Assembly: GCA_017654855.1 (NCBI GenBank)
Contig: CM030334.1
Location: forward strand, 310,001 to 374,000
DNA length: 64,000 bases
Origin: Podospora anserina
Taxonomy: Eukaryota
Direction of reading: 5' to 3'
Below the pieces are notes generated by a model. That model was given only the letters and a program-made list of their open reading frames with translations, was not told the origin of the DNA and ran no database searches. Below are positions 50,343 to 61,595 of this stretch, one piece after another (positions within the stretch are counted from its first letter, which is position 1; each line of letters starts with the position of its first letter). Made by a program: the position numbers and the translations under genes.

Positions 50343-50699
50343 GTCTACAAGCTCTCTATGATTGAGAGTAACAGAAAGGTTGAAGCGGGATTAAAAGAGA
50401 AGATTAATGGAGCAGGTCCTACAGTTCTTCCCCTCACTCGTCAAAGCACAAAGCTCCTGGGGTGCGAGGAGTGCGAGCAGAGAAATCCGATCACCGACAT
50501 TTGTCAGCCGGCGAATATCCCGCTTCCAAACACAGTGTCACATTGAAGGCGATGTCTGTACCATGTCGGGTCCAACCACCGGGAACCAATGAGGGCGGTG
50601 GCCAGGAAGACCGCCGGGACATAGGGACATGAAACTAGAGGCTGCGAAAATGATCCGAGGTCCTAAGGTATTGATACTCGAGAAAAGCCAGCCTTTTTG

Positions 50700-51355
50700 T
50701 CTTCTGAGGCCTCTTGACTTCCTTCAAAGTCCATATACTAGTCCTAAAAAACCTCTTGCATATGTCGAAAGGCATCTTGTCCATCTTGGAAAATCCTTTA
50801 TGTACTTTGAAGGCCTGTTAATGCATATTGAAGGCCTGTTAATGCATATTTAAGGCCTTCTATGTATATTTAAGGGCGTATTGGCTATCTTTGAAGGCCT
50901 CTTGATCATGTTCCAAGGCCTGTTGATAGATAGATAAGGTATTCACTATCTCCAAGGGTATATTGATTATATCTGGATGCCCTTATTAGGTCGAGGGACT
51001 TTTGCCACTAGAGAATGTAGATTAGCAGTGCATGTGGCATGGGCCAACCTGTTAAGCCCCAAGCTGGTGACCGTCAGTCCAGATATCCATCGCACGATGC
51101 ATTGCAACACCATCCACGAAGACTGAATGATCACCAAGGCTTTGGCCACTCCCTCGGTAGGAACATTATCAAATGCTTCAGAACTCGTAATGAAGTCAAC
51201 AAAATCGGTCCTTTGTTACAGGGGTTTCTTGTCCCATATTCGCGTTGATAGAAATCGTTTGTCATAATAATGCGATTCCTTGTGGCAGTGGAAGGCCGAC
51301 TGATTTCCACCCAATCAAGCGCGTCTAGCTGGAGCAGGATCAGGTGACTAGACAA
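50700..51355 (-). pseudogene. Degraded fungal membrane-protein gene with a heptad-repeat segment
   Basis: AKALVIIQSSWMVLQCIVRWISGLTVTSLGLNRLAH motif, with frameshifts. 21-bp repeats at ~50810-50925. Confidence 0.5.
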
Positions 51356-51562
51356 GAAAATGTTGACAGAAAAGAGAGCAGGCTACCTGCCTATGTAGGT
51401 GCTGCCCTTCCATCACAGGGACCGACATAAGCGGGGCTCTTGTCGGGTAAACGCAGAAATTTGCGACCACCACCTGCACCGAGGATCTAAGTCTTGCCCG
51501 AAACAAACAAATCAAAGGCCAACCACTGATGCCAAGGTTTCAGCCAATAACGCGCAAGCACC

Positions 51563-52435
51563 ATGCCAGCAACAAGCACGCCCGACCAGCTCCAACCCCC
51601 ACCCCGAGACACGATTTTCCACCTCTCTCTCGACCCCCAACCTCCCAGTCCAGCCGCACCAACTCTCATCCTCCTCCATGGCCTCACATCCTCCCATCTC
51701 GAATGGTCCCTCGTCATCCCACACCTCCAACCTCACTACCACCTTCTCCTCGTCGACCTCCCAGCCCACTCCCGCTCCTCCTCCCTCCCACCCCCATACA
51801 TCATCCCCTCCATGGCCGACCAAGTAGCATCAATCATCCAGTCCCACGCACGGAACAGCCAAGCCCACGTGGTTGGCATGTCCATGGGCGGTTTCGTCAC
51901 CCTCAATCTCGCCCGCCGGTACCCCTCTCTCTGTCTCTCGGCGTTTGTCTCTGGCGCCACACCTTTTGAGGGTATCACGAGGTGGTTGGCAAGGAACAAT
52001 TGGGTATTATACTATGGGTTCTGGCTGTCAAATCTGATCATCACAGATGGGATGTATGACTGGATGTGCCGGGTGATGGACATGAAGGAGCATCGTGAGC
52101 TGCGGCGGGAGATTGTGAGGAATGTCAAGTGGCAGGTGATCAGGGATGTGTATGGGAGCATTGTGGAGGAGTTCACCGTGGAGGGGATGGCAGAGGTGGG
52201 CCAGGTGAGGTGTTTGAGTGTTGCTGGGGGAAAGCAAGATCAGGTTGAGGTGACGAGGAGGGTTGGTCAGGTTTGGAAGGAAAGGGGTTTGACTGGGCGG
52301 CTGGGTAGCCGGGCATTTGTGGTCAGAGGGGCGGTGCATGCTTGGGATTTGCAGTTTCCTGACGTTTTTGCTGGTGGTATTAGGAGCTGGGTTGAGAGGG
52401 ACGATTTGCCGGTTCAGTTTGAAGTTTTGGAATGA
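51563..52435 (+). CDS. Alpha/beta-fold hydrolase (290 aa)
   Basis: LILLHGL, VDLPAH, nucleophile elbow GMSMGG and C-terminal GAVHAW. Confidence 0.9.
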   Translation: MPATSTPDQLQPPPRDTIFHLSLDPQPPSPAAPTLILLHGLTSSHLEWSLVIPHLQPHYHLLLVDLPAHSRSSSLPPPYIIPSMADQVASIIQSHARNSQAHVVGMSMGGFVTLNLARRYPSLCLSAFVSGATPFEGITRWLARNNWVLYYGFWLSNLIITDGMYDWMCRVMDMKEHRELRREIVRNVKWQVIRDVYGSIVEEFTVEGMAEVGQVRCLSVAGGKQDQVEVTRRVGQVWKERGLTGRLGSRAFVVRGAVHAWDLQFPDVFAGGIRSWVERDDLPVQFEVLE

Positions 52436-52530
52436 GCAAGGTGTCGCGATTGTGTGAGTATTACCCATCTTTGTCCTTCTGTTGTGCTTAAATACACATC
52501 GTACCATGTCATCTGCTCTCTCATACTGGT

Positions 52531-53376
52531 CTACCTGGGCAGTCCCATCGCCCTTCTAAAGAAGTTATTTTCCACAACAGGGAATCCTCCTTCCAGCACC
52601 TGCCCTTCGTCACCTTTCAACGTCTTCAATCCCTCATTCCACTTGCCCATCGCAAGACCGGTGAGAAACCCACCCAGCGGCTCTGTTGGAGACCAGTTGC
52701 CTCTCATTCCAAACTTGAAGACAGGGTGCAGCGCATGCCCCAACCCCGTCCTCGCAAGCCCCAGAGGTGGCATGTACTTGGTAACGCTCTTGTCCTGGTC
52801 GAGCCAGTCGATAAACCCAGGACGGACGGTGCTTGCACGAAACAGCGGGTTTTTTTTCCTGACATCAGCCAATGCCAGTTCTGTCTCTCCTTTTGTTTTG
52901 CCGAAGATGGGGGTGAAGAGCCCCGGCTGGAAGGTTGCACCTTGGCCGGAGACATAGACAAAATTGAATGGCTTGTTGGTCGCTTTCAAGGCCGGTTGGA
53001 AAGCCGACGCAAAGGCCAATGGGTAGGTTTTGGTGATGGTGATGTAGTCCCTGTTTGATTCAGATTGGTCAGTCCAAAGCCAGCAGGGGTAATATAGGCT
53101 CGGGTGCGGGACATACTCTTTGTTCACTTGTGTTTGGCTAATACCAAGGGCCCAGACACAACCGTCCGCGTCTTGGAGTTGGCTGAGGACCTCGGGACTG
53201 TACGAGGAAAAGTCCTTGTGGATGATGACGTTGACCCGGGGGTCCTTGGCATCTTCAGCTAATTGCACTGGCCGGCGACTGAGGATGGAGATTTTGGAGA
53301 TGTCGGTTGTCTTGAGCATGGCGTCGAGCACCGTGGTGCCGACCATGCCTGTGGCGCCTGTTAGGATGAGATGCAT
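52531..53376 (-). CDS. NAD(P)-binding Rossmann-fold protein (atypical SDR/epimerase-like); in-frame intron 53051-53116
   Basis: MHLILTGATGMVG, CVWALG, FVYVSG, KGETE and RPG motifs. Intron GTATGT...CTGAC...CAG. Confidence 0.9.
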   Translation of the reverse strand: MHLILTGATGMVGTTVLDAMLKTTDISKISILSRRPVQLAEDAKDPRVNVIIHKDFSSYSPEVLSQLQDADGCVWALGISQTQVNKEYVPHPSLYYPCWLWTDQSESNRDYITITKTYPLAFASAFQPALKATNKPFNFVYVSGQGATFQPGLFTPIFGKTKGETELALADVRKKNPLFRASTVRPGFIDWLDQDKSVTKYMPPLGLARTGLGHALHPVFKFGMRGNWSPTEPLGGFLTGLAMGKWNEGLKTLKGDEGQVLEGGFPVVENNFFRRAMGLPR

Positions 53377-54216
53377 CCTGCTTGGATGATGTGGCTTTTG
53401 AAACAAAAGAATCTGAGGATGAACCGATGATACCGAGAAGAGACGAGAAAGCAGCACTTTTTGAAATACTTTATAGTACTCCCGAAGAGTCGGCAGAACA
53501 TCGCACTGCGGCCGTCTTGGCAGCCGGTCAGCCCGACACGGTGATATCGGTGTTAGTAATCCCTGCGGATGCGGGTTGTTATGGCCGATGCGGATTGATT
53601 GGAATCCCGGCGCTGAGGGCGGAATGCGCAGGTCTTCGGATAGATTCTGAGAGCTGACCAACATGAACAAAGGTGCATGTGTTGCCATGGACCCTGAGCC
53701 CGAAAATCAGTAACGAAACACACCCAGTCATAATACCGACAAGACGACAGAGGAAGACGGCCAGCAATCTTCACTCGGATGTTAGGTACGCTGGTGAGCC
53801 TAACAAGCCTTGCCAGCACCATCTATCAGTGATCACCAGCCCATTGAGAGCCACAACAGGTATAGAAACTTAGGTTTCAAGGGCTTTTGGTGATTGTAAC
53901 GGGAGGAAGAAGAAAACCTTGGAATAGAGAAAAAAAAAAGACTGAATACAATACAGTATACCTGTGGGCAGACTGAGGGGCTTTGTAGATCTATCTAAGC
54001 TTTAAATTAGTTTAAGATAATCCAGACTATCATTTCGAGGGAAATCCAATGCTGGTTCTGGAAGACATACTGCTAAAAGTTGAGGAAGATTTCTCTTCCC
54101 ATTTTTACATTGACACACCCCCCCCCATGCTTCCAATAGCCTCAGGCTCATAAGCGCCAACAGAAAATAAAACTTGAAAATAAAACGGGGCGGCAAAAAT
54201 AAATTTCGGGACCCTA

Positions 54217-55510
54217 ACGTGTGTGATAAGCAAGTGCCGCACTTTTTGACGTGACCTGACCCTCCACATTCAACCTTCCATTTCTCAACCAAAAGCCACG
54301 TCTTCTACCTCTAACGAAGCTAGAGTAATTCTGGCCGCAAACGAGCCGCAGCGAGGATTTACAAGGTTGACGATAGAACTATTCGCCGTCTAGTTGCCGG
54401 TACATTTGCACGACGCGATCCCCTAGCCAACTCGCGCAAACTTACGGATTGTTGAAATACAGCACTTATTTGTGGATTTTACAGTATGTTCTTTCTCGTG
54501 GCTTACAGCACTCAAAGGCTTCAAGCCACAGCGTCCATAACGCCCACAGCGGTCACAATGAGCTACAAAGTTCTCATATAAAGCCACTGTGGCCAACTGA
54601 ACCGGTAGAAGTTGTGGGGATTGATAAGGAGGAAAACGAGGTCTTGGATGCCTATAAAAGACTCCCCTTGCAGTGTACTTGGAATGGTCTTTTCTTTCTT
54701 AAGTTTAAGTTCAAGTCAAACAGTCAAAGTCAATATACTGGTTTACCACACTCTCTTCCAGGGCATAGTTCCATGCAGTTTAGTGTCTACCATTCTATTT
54801 ACAGGGCATGGTTCCTTATACTTGCCTTCCTTCGGTGCCACCTCGTACTGTCGTATCTCGCAATCTAAAAACCCCAGAGTCTTCAGCTAATTGCTTCCGA
54901 CCTACCCGGCAGGGCCTAATCAACTAGCCTGCTGGCGAGATATCTTAAGAGAAAGGTTATTCGCGAGTGGCTTGCGCTTGTGTATAATAGTAAGGTTAAG
55001 TCCAGCATCGTTGACGGCCATGATAGCTATCGCTTCGAAGAACTCGAGACCTACTGCTAGGAGCACAACATTATTACACTTTGTATGCCTCCGCACTGTT
55101 CTCACCTGCTTCAGCCATTAGATGCTGAATGTTTTGCGCCGTTAAAGAAGGCATTTAGCTGCTAAATTGAGCAGCTAATGCGGATGGATATCGCACACAT
55201 TAGCAAACTGGGGTTTCTTTTTGCATTCAGAGAAGCATATTTTGCTTCGATAACAGAAAAGAATATGCAAGGGGGTACAAGATAGAAGTAGGACCGGCAC
55301 GCCTATCAGGCGCATCGGTTGTAGGAATAATAAATATCTAAGGGGGTTTACCGGAACTGGCTTGTACCGTATGACCCGGAGAGGGTGATATCTAAGCTAG
55401 ATGCGTGTTTTCGAACTCCAACACCCCCATCCTCAAGGCTAGGCACGGCACTACCTTGGGTCTCCCAAACGCCACACAATCCTCGAGAAGCAACCTCCCA
55501 GCCACAGCTT
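54217..55510 (+). mobile_element. Decayed pogo/Fot1 transposon with foreign inserts
   Basis: TA+ACGTGTGTGATAAGC TIR; HTH fragment RAAARIYKV...NSRKLT; DDE fragments IVDGHDS and MPPHCSHLLQPLD. An unrelated block occupies ~54450-54890. Confidence 0.8.
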
Positions 55511-55849
55511 ATTATTATTATTATTCCTACACCGTTCTACCCTTTCTTTTTAAAGAGTGCGCTGGACTTTCTGATGCTATTTACGGAAATAAACTGTTTG
55601 GCCCCGCCTCGGATCGAGCCTCAAGTAGAGGAAGATCGGATTATACGGCCTTGTAAAAAAAGACGACAATATAGAAACATACACAGAGATGCATATGATG
55701 ACAGGCGTCGAGGCGTTACATTGCTGGCACACTTAACGGCTCGGCTTGGATGTTCCGGAATCTGGATATAAGATATTTAATGACACTTGGCTTAACTCTT
55801 TTCTTCATCGAAACAATGTTTCGACGGCATCGAGTCCCGCCCCTTGGAC

Positions 55850-56460
55850 GTCCCTGATGGCAGTCATTAGTGTCGGATAGAACCTATCAGCAATCTTTTG
55901 GATCCCCGACGGGCTGGCATGAATCCCATCGTACAAGTCCACCTCAGCATCAAACCCAGTGAACAAGTCCACAACCCAAACCGGACTGGCCGTTGTGTTT
56001 TGGCTGACCGCCTAAGCCGGAATGGCTCTGTTTAGTTCCTTGCTCATTCTTCTCCGCGTTCACCCCAAGTGGGATAATCTGCGCCACCTAGGTAGTCCCT
56101 TTGTCAGTTCTTATCTCCTAACCGTCATTGATAAGGTACTTAGCTTGAGACAACTCACGATAATCCTGATATTTCGATTCCGCCCCCTCATCTGTCCCAC
56201 AAGCGTGGAATACGCCCTGAGCAGCTCCTCCGTCCCCGGCGTTCCTCTGACAATGTCCACGGTGCCCAAGTGCATCGTCACCACGTCAGCAGGGTTCTTT
56301 CCCAACCAGTCCGACACCCGACCCTCGTTCGCCAGCAGCCGTAGTCGGTTATCGAGTCGCCCAGGGGCATCCATCTAACTGGCTTTTGGTCCCTTTGTCT
56401 CGGGAGGGACAGGGATAGAGCGTATGGAAAGAGCAAGAGAGTTAGGATGCAGGGCCTCGT
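55850..56460 (-). pseudogene. SGNH/GDSL esterase (CE3-like), secreted, degraded
   Basis: Signal-like N-terminus, MPLGDSIT, MHLGT.D and DGIH. Block II is deleted and TAG at 56012-56014 replaces Trp. Confidence 0.8.
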
Positions 56461-57547
56461 TGTGAGTTGTTGTGAAGGTGGCAAAATTGAGGTTGAGTTG
56501 CTAGGCGCAAAGGAGGTGCACGGGGCAGCTGAGGGATGATATAGTACCCTAACCAGCATGGTGTTTACCCGGCGGGAGATGTCCGGGATCAGGTTACTAC
56601 GTGGTGCACAGAACGGCACTGTGAATACGGAGGATCTGGTCCGCGAGCCACGCAGCCATACAATAAGAGCGTGATTCATAATATACTTTCATTACATCTC
56701 GTCCACGGTACGAAGATATTCAGAAGACTGATATACCGGATATCAGAAAAGAGAAGGACAAGGAGTGGGAAGAAGGGTAGGAGCTAAAGGAGTGAACTGA
56801 AGTTGGAAGGTATGTTAGAGCTGAGATTGCAATAAAGGGGTCAGGCACTGTCCAGCAGTGTTTGTTGAACGACTTGGAGAGATGTGAATTATGGATGTCC
56901 GATTGGTCTCCTTGAGCTTGCCTGGGTTGTCGTCCCTTTATAGTACCAATAGAAAAGATATGAAAAGGTAGTACCTCTATTTCTCCAGCCGAGCTTTCTT
57001 ATAATAGAAACCGGGTTCGTTCTGAGCTCCCTGGCACCATCCCGCCTCCTCACGTTGGTATTATGGTCGTAGAGTGAGTTGGCGATGTTTTTAGAACGGT
57101 TGGCTCCTCGGTCAAACGGCCAGGCCGGTCTATGGGACTAAGTCTCAGTGGTTTATCAAAAAGTTGTGTGACGTTCAGGATGTCGCCACTAGTTTTCTCT
57201 GGAATGGTCTCCTCCCAGTTCTGTGGCAACTTCGATCAAGTGCCATCCAGTCACTTCACCTAATCACCCCTGGCCGACCATTTAGGATTGCAGGTCTAAG
57301 GCACCCAGACCATGGCCCCGCCACGTGTAGCTGCCTTGCCCAACTTTTGTTCCTTAAATATCTTCTTTGTTCATTGATTTATCACCAACCCGCATCGGCT
57401 ACAGTGCTGATAGAGGCTCAAAGCACTGTTGGAGTCACATAACCTGTGTATACACGTTCCACAATATTTTACCAACACCAAGACTGAACTGGTACCTAAC
57501 TAACAACTTGAATTCCTAACACCAAAACACCACAAATCAAGCCAGAC

Positions 57548-58448
57548 ATGAGCAATACCGATGGTGAAATTCTCCCAGGAGACCCAAGGTTTCAGCCTCG
57601 ATTAAAATCTCAGTATGTGCTTGACCTGGGAAAACCGGACGACGCGGACTGTGGTCGTGGCGTCCAGGAGACGCTCGATGTCATCGCCGCGCTGGAAAGC
57701 TGTGGAATTCCTTGCTGCGTCGTCGGCACAAAGGCTCTGGTGTATTATGGCGCTCGCCGAGTTCCTATGGTTAGTATTTCCGTCGAGCTACGCCCAAAAC
57801 AATGTAGTTTACTGACTGCGAGTTGTTCAGAACTGGGAAATATGTGTCCCGACAGAGTCATTCGATAGAGCGATCACCTTGCTCACCTCACCCCCTCTGA
57901 ACGAAAAGTACGAGGTGTGGCACCGCGTCCTGCCGAGGCCTCAAACGCTCATGCACACCTACCCCCGCTTCACGCTCAAGGGTGTCAACTTTTTTTTCAT
58001 AATTGTGCCGGAATTCGAATGCCTTCTTTCTCCTAGCCCGGACCAGTGCGAGCGCAGTGCGAGCGGGATCCCGTACCCCAAGCTGGAGCTGTTTGCCCAG
58101 AGCCTGATCGACCTGCAACAGTACGCTGATCTGGACGACCTCGTTGACGGAATGAATCTAGAGGAAGAGTGGGGCGAAACCAACCTAGAGCTCGACAAAC
58201 CACCGCCGCTCGAGCACATCCGGGAGAAGAATGACATGATTGCTCGCTCTCTACCAGAAGACATGCGCGACGTCACTCCGCTTGCCTTGCTGAGTGAGAG
58301 GACGAGGCCGGCGCGGGATGCATGGCGGCGCAGCGTGAGCACGAAGCATCGGAGGATCAACGATGAGCTGCCGAGACACAGGTACCTGACGAGGTTCCGG
58401 AAGGTCGGCTCGAAAGATCCGCGTGAGAATACAGACCGGGAGGTGTGA
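57548..58448 (+). CDS. Uncharacterised protein, possible nucleotidyltransferase-like fold; intron 57770-57830
   Basis: Intron GTTAGT...CTGAC...CAG joins RVPM/NWEICVP in frame. LESCGIPCCVVGTKALVYYG resembles an NTase-fold N-terminus but lacks DxD. Confidence 0.8.
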
Positions 58449-58671
58449 CTGGTCTATATGTTCTTGTAGTAGCCTGTTTTGTTTTGTTTTTGGCTGAGTG
58501 CGTTGCTCAGTATATGTATGTTGCTCATATCTTCCATCCAATGAAATGAGAAATATACTGTAAGCCGTACAATGTATTCAATGAACCCAAGAAATAACAG
58601 AAGAACGGCAACAAGATCCAGAGCTCCTTCAAAGGCCCAACAAAAGAAACTACCCCACAACAAAAGCTACC

Positions 58672-60476
58672 TCAGTACGCATCCACCAGAAAGCTGTCCA
58701 GCTTCGGAGTAAAGAATTCAAAGCTCTGCTGATCAAAGACACACTGAAGTTCCTCCTCCTCATCATCCTGCTGCTGTCCCTTGCCCTTGCCCTTACCCTT
58801 TCCTTTGCCTTTCCCATTGCCGCCGCTAGTATTACTGCCCCAAACAGGCCTCAGAGGAAACCCGCAAATCCCCTCCTTCTCCCCCTTCTTCTCACCTCCC
58901 TGAACAATCCCCTCCAGCCGCTCAAAGTCCTTTCCCTCCTCCACCCACTCCATCAAGCTCTTCAGCATCTCTGTCGGCCAAGCGGCATTGTTAGGCTTGA
59001 CCACCCCTAGCGGCTCCACAGTCCCAGGATTATAATGCGAGCCCCCAGGTACCAAAAACAGCTTGTTCCACTTTGCTATCTCGGCATACCCCTGCTGCAC
59101 CCCCAAACCAGGGTACATTATCTTCCTGACTTTATCCTGATACATGGTCGACGAGACCGCGGGAATCATGGCATCAGCCTCCCCATGCCACACAATCATC
59201 TTGCCCCCGTTGCACTTGAACGGAGTGAGGTCCGGCCAGAGGGTGAAGATAGTAGACATGTACTTGCTCATCGCGTCGTTAACCCATTCGCGGATGACAT
59301 CAGGGCTGACCTTATCCAGCGGCAGCGTGGCCGAGTAGACCTCCTTGATCAACAGGTTCACCACGGCAGGAGAGAGAGGATTGGGATAGGGCTCGAGCTG
59401 GTTCGTGGCCGGGTTAAAGACGGTGACAGAGTCGCTGAAATCCACGGAGGGGGCGTAGAATGGGTGGACGAGCTTGTTCTTCGAGTCGTACATGCCGCGC
59501 CAGGTCTCGGCTGCCACAACGGCTGCTTTGGCGGAGACGGTGCCAGCAATGGGGGGTTGGCCGAGCTAGGGAACAGCGGAGCAGTTGTAGGGGTTGCCAA
59601 TTGAGGACGAGGCGTTGAAACGGGCGAAGCAGAGGTCTGTGCGGGCAACTACCCCGTCGGTTTTGCCGTCGAGGGGATCGCAGAAGGCGATGGCGTCGGC
59701 GGTGATGCGAGCAAGCTCGCAGACGGAGGGGTAGTAGTCGTGCTTTCGCTAAGCGAGGGGACCGTGGTAGTGAAAGATGGGGTGGCGGATTGCCGGGGAA
59801 CCGACAGAGACGCCGTCAAAGGTTGTGCTGTACTTTTGGACTTGGGACATGCCCTCGCGCCCGCCCTCGGAGCAGCCGTGGAAGTAAGAGTAGATTTTGG
59901 TCAAGTTGGAAGAACTGTAGAACTTCCGTATCAGTTCTTTGCCGAGAACCGTCATCTCGTGCATAGCTCGGTAAGAGTACGCGATAAGGGCGTCGTAGTT
60001 CATGGCGCCGTTGCCGTAGAGAATAACACGGCTGACATCGGAGTCGAACCCGCCGAAGCCGGCATCAGTGGTGATGGAGGCAGCGCCATAAGGGAGACCG
60101 GTTGCGAGCCCCCTTGCGCCGAGCGTGACGGACAGACCGCCTCCTACTGTTACAAGGAAACGATTCTTGAATTAGGCGGGGCTTGGAAGGTAAAGCCAAA
60201 GGTTGACGCGGTCACTGGGGCGGCCGACATAGCGATAGGCGAAGGTGACGTTGCAAAAGTTGCGGCCGGTGGCGCCGGGATGGGTGCTGTCTGGTAGAGC
60301 CGTGAAGTTGGTGACAGGCTGAGCCGTGAACCAGCGATTAATTCAAGGCCCTGGAAGAAGTCGGGTGCCGGAAAGGATGATTCAACGAAAGGTATTGTGC
60401 AGAAGTCCGGAAGGTTCGAACTGCACGTGGATTTAACCACAAGACCGGCCACTACCAAAAGTTTCAGAAGCCCCAT
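58672..60476 (-). pseudogene. Tannase/feruloyl esterase, degraded
   Basis: Signal peptide, YFHGCSEGGREG, CDPLDG..DG, WHGEAD and LVPGGSH. Frameshift near 60300, TAG at 59749, probable internal deletion; GK repeat near the C-terminus. Confidence 0.88.
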
Positions 60477-61595
60477 CGTGTCTCAGATATTCCCGTCAAG
60501 TTCTTGAGCTGCCTGGTGAGGAATCAGCAACCCATTCAAGGCGCTTCGTCTGGATATTTGTAGAGGATCATGTTGGTGATCCCCTACGGAACCCGGGTTC
60601 TTGGCAAACAAGTCGATAGCTTGAGAGCTGGAGAACTAGATGAATCCACTAAAACCCCTCTACTCCTCGTCAAAACGTCATCAAACAAGCCAAAGACTAT
60701 GATGGAAAATTAAAAAAACTCCCATTTACTGCTGTCTGTCCTTATAATTATTCATGGTATCCCTGCAATGCGAAGTACGGGGTATATAAAATACAAGATC
60801 TCGACCCGACCAGGGGGATTAATGCCCCACTTTGAGGCTACCTCCACACACGCACCAACAACCCATGCACTAGGATTGTATAACCACAGAATCTCTTGAT
60901 CCCCCTTGGAAGGATCTTGTGGCACAATGGCATGACTGTTATTTGCGAATTTGGAAGATCAGATTTCAATCCATTGTTAACGGATTGAGGCTGTGTATCC
61001 GGAATCGTGTTCCCCCACATCTCCTACCAAGACCTTCATCCTGTAGTTTGGTCTTCTTCAAGCTTCAAAGCTGAACTGAAGTAATAGCCAATTGCACGTG
61101 CCTCTCATATAGCTGCTGGGTAAAGGGGTTAGCCCACTCACTTGACCGAAGGGCTCCCACCTCTTTAGCGTGAGAGCTGCAGTTAAATCCGATCTGTTAC
61201 TCAGGCAAGAACGATCCAATTGATTTTACAATTAAGATAGTAAGTGCACCAATCACCGAGGTCCATCCTGCCATATTGTCAGTCCCCTCATGCCTGAAGG
61301 ACCCATCTTTCGGGCATCAGTCAGTATTTTCCGTCGTGATCCGCCACTTCTCCTCATAGGACCAATCGTCGAGGTTCAAAACATCAACATCAACTCGATT
61401 CGCCATTCGCTTGTCGGATACCGCGTGCTGCATATGCAGCTATCCACGAGTTAGGATGGGCATGATACCTGGTAGGCCTCACGGCAGCTACCCAACAGGT
61501 CTTGTACTTGACATACCCCGCACTCTCTTAATACCCTTTCCTCTGACACTGTTCTTCGTTGTTCGGCACTTCGAAACAAGTCTTGGAATGCCACT

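Noticed and set aside
49971-53376. P450 + hydrolase + NAD-binding gene as a secondary-metabolite cluster
   Set aside because: No backbone synthase, transporter or regulator in the window.
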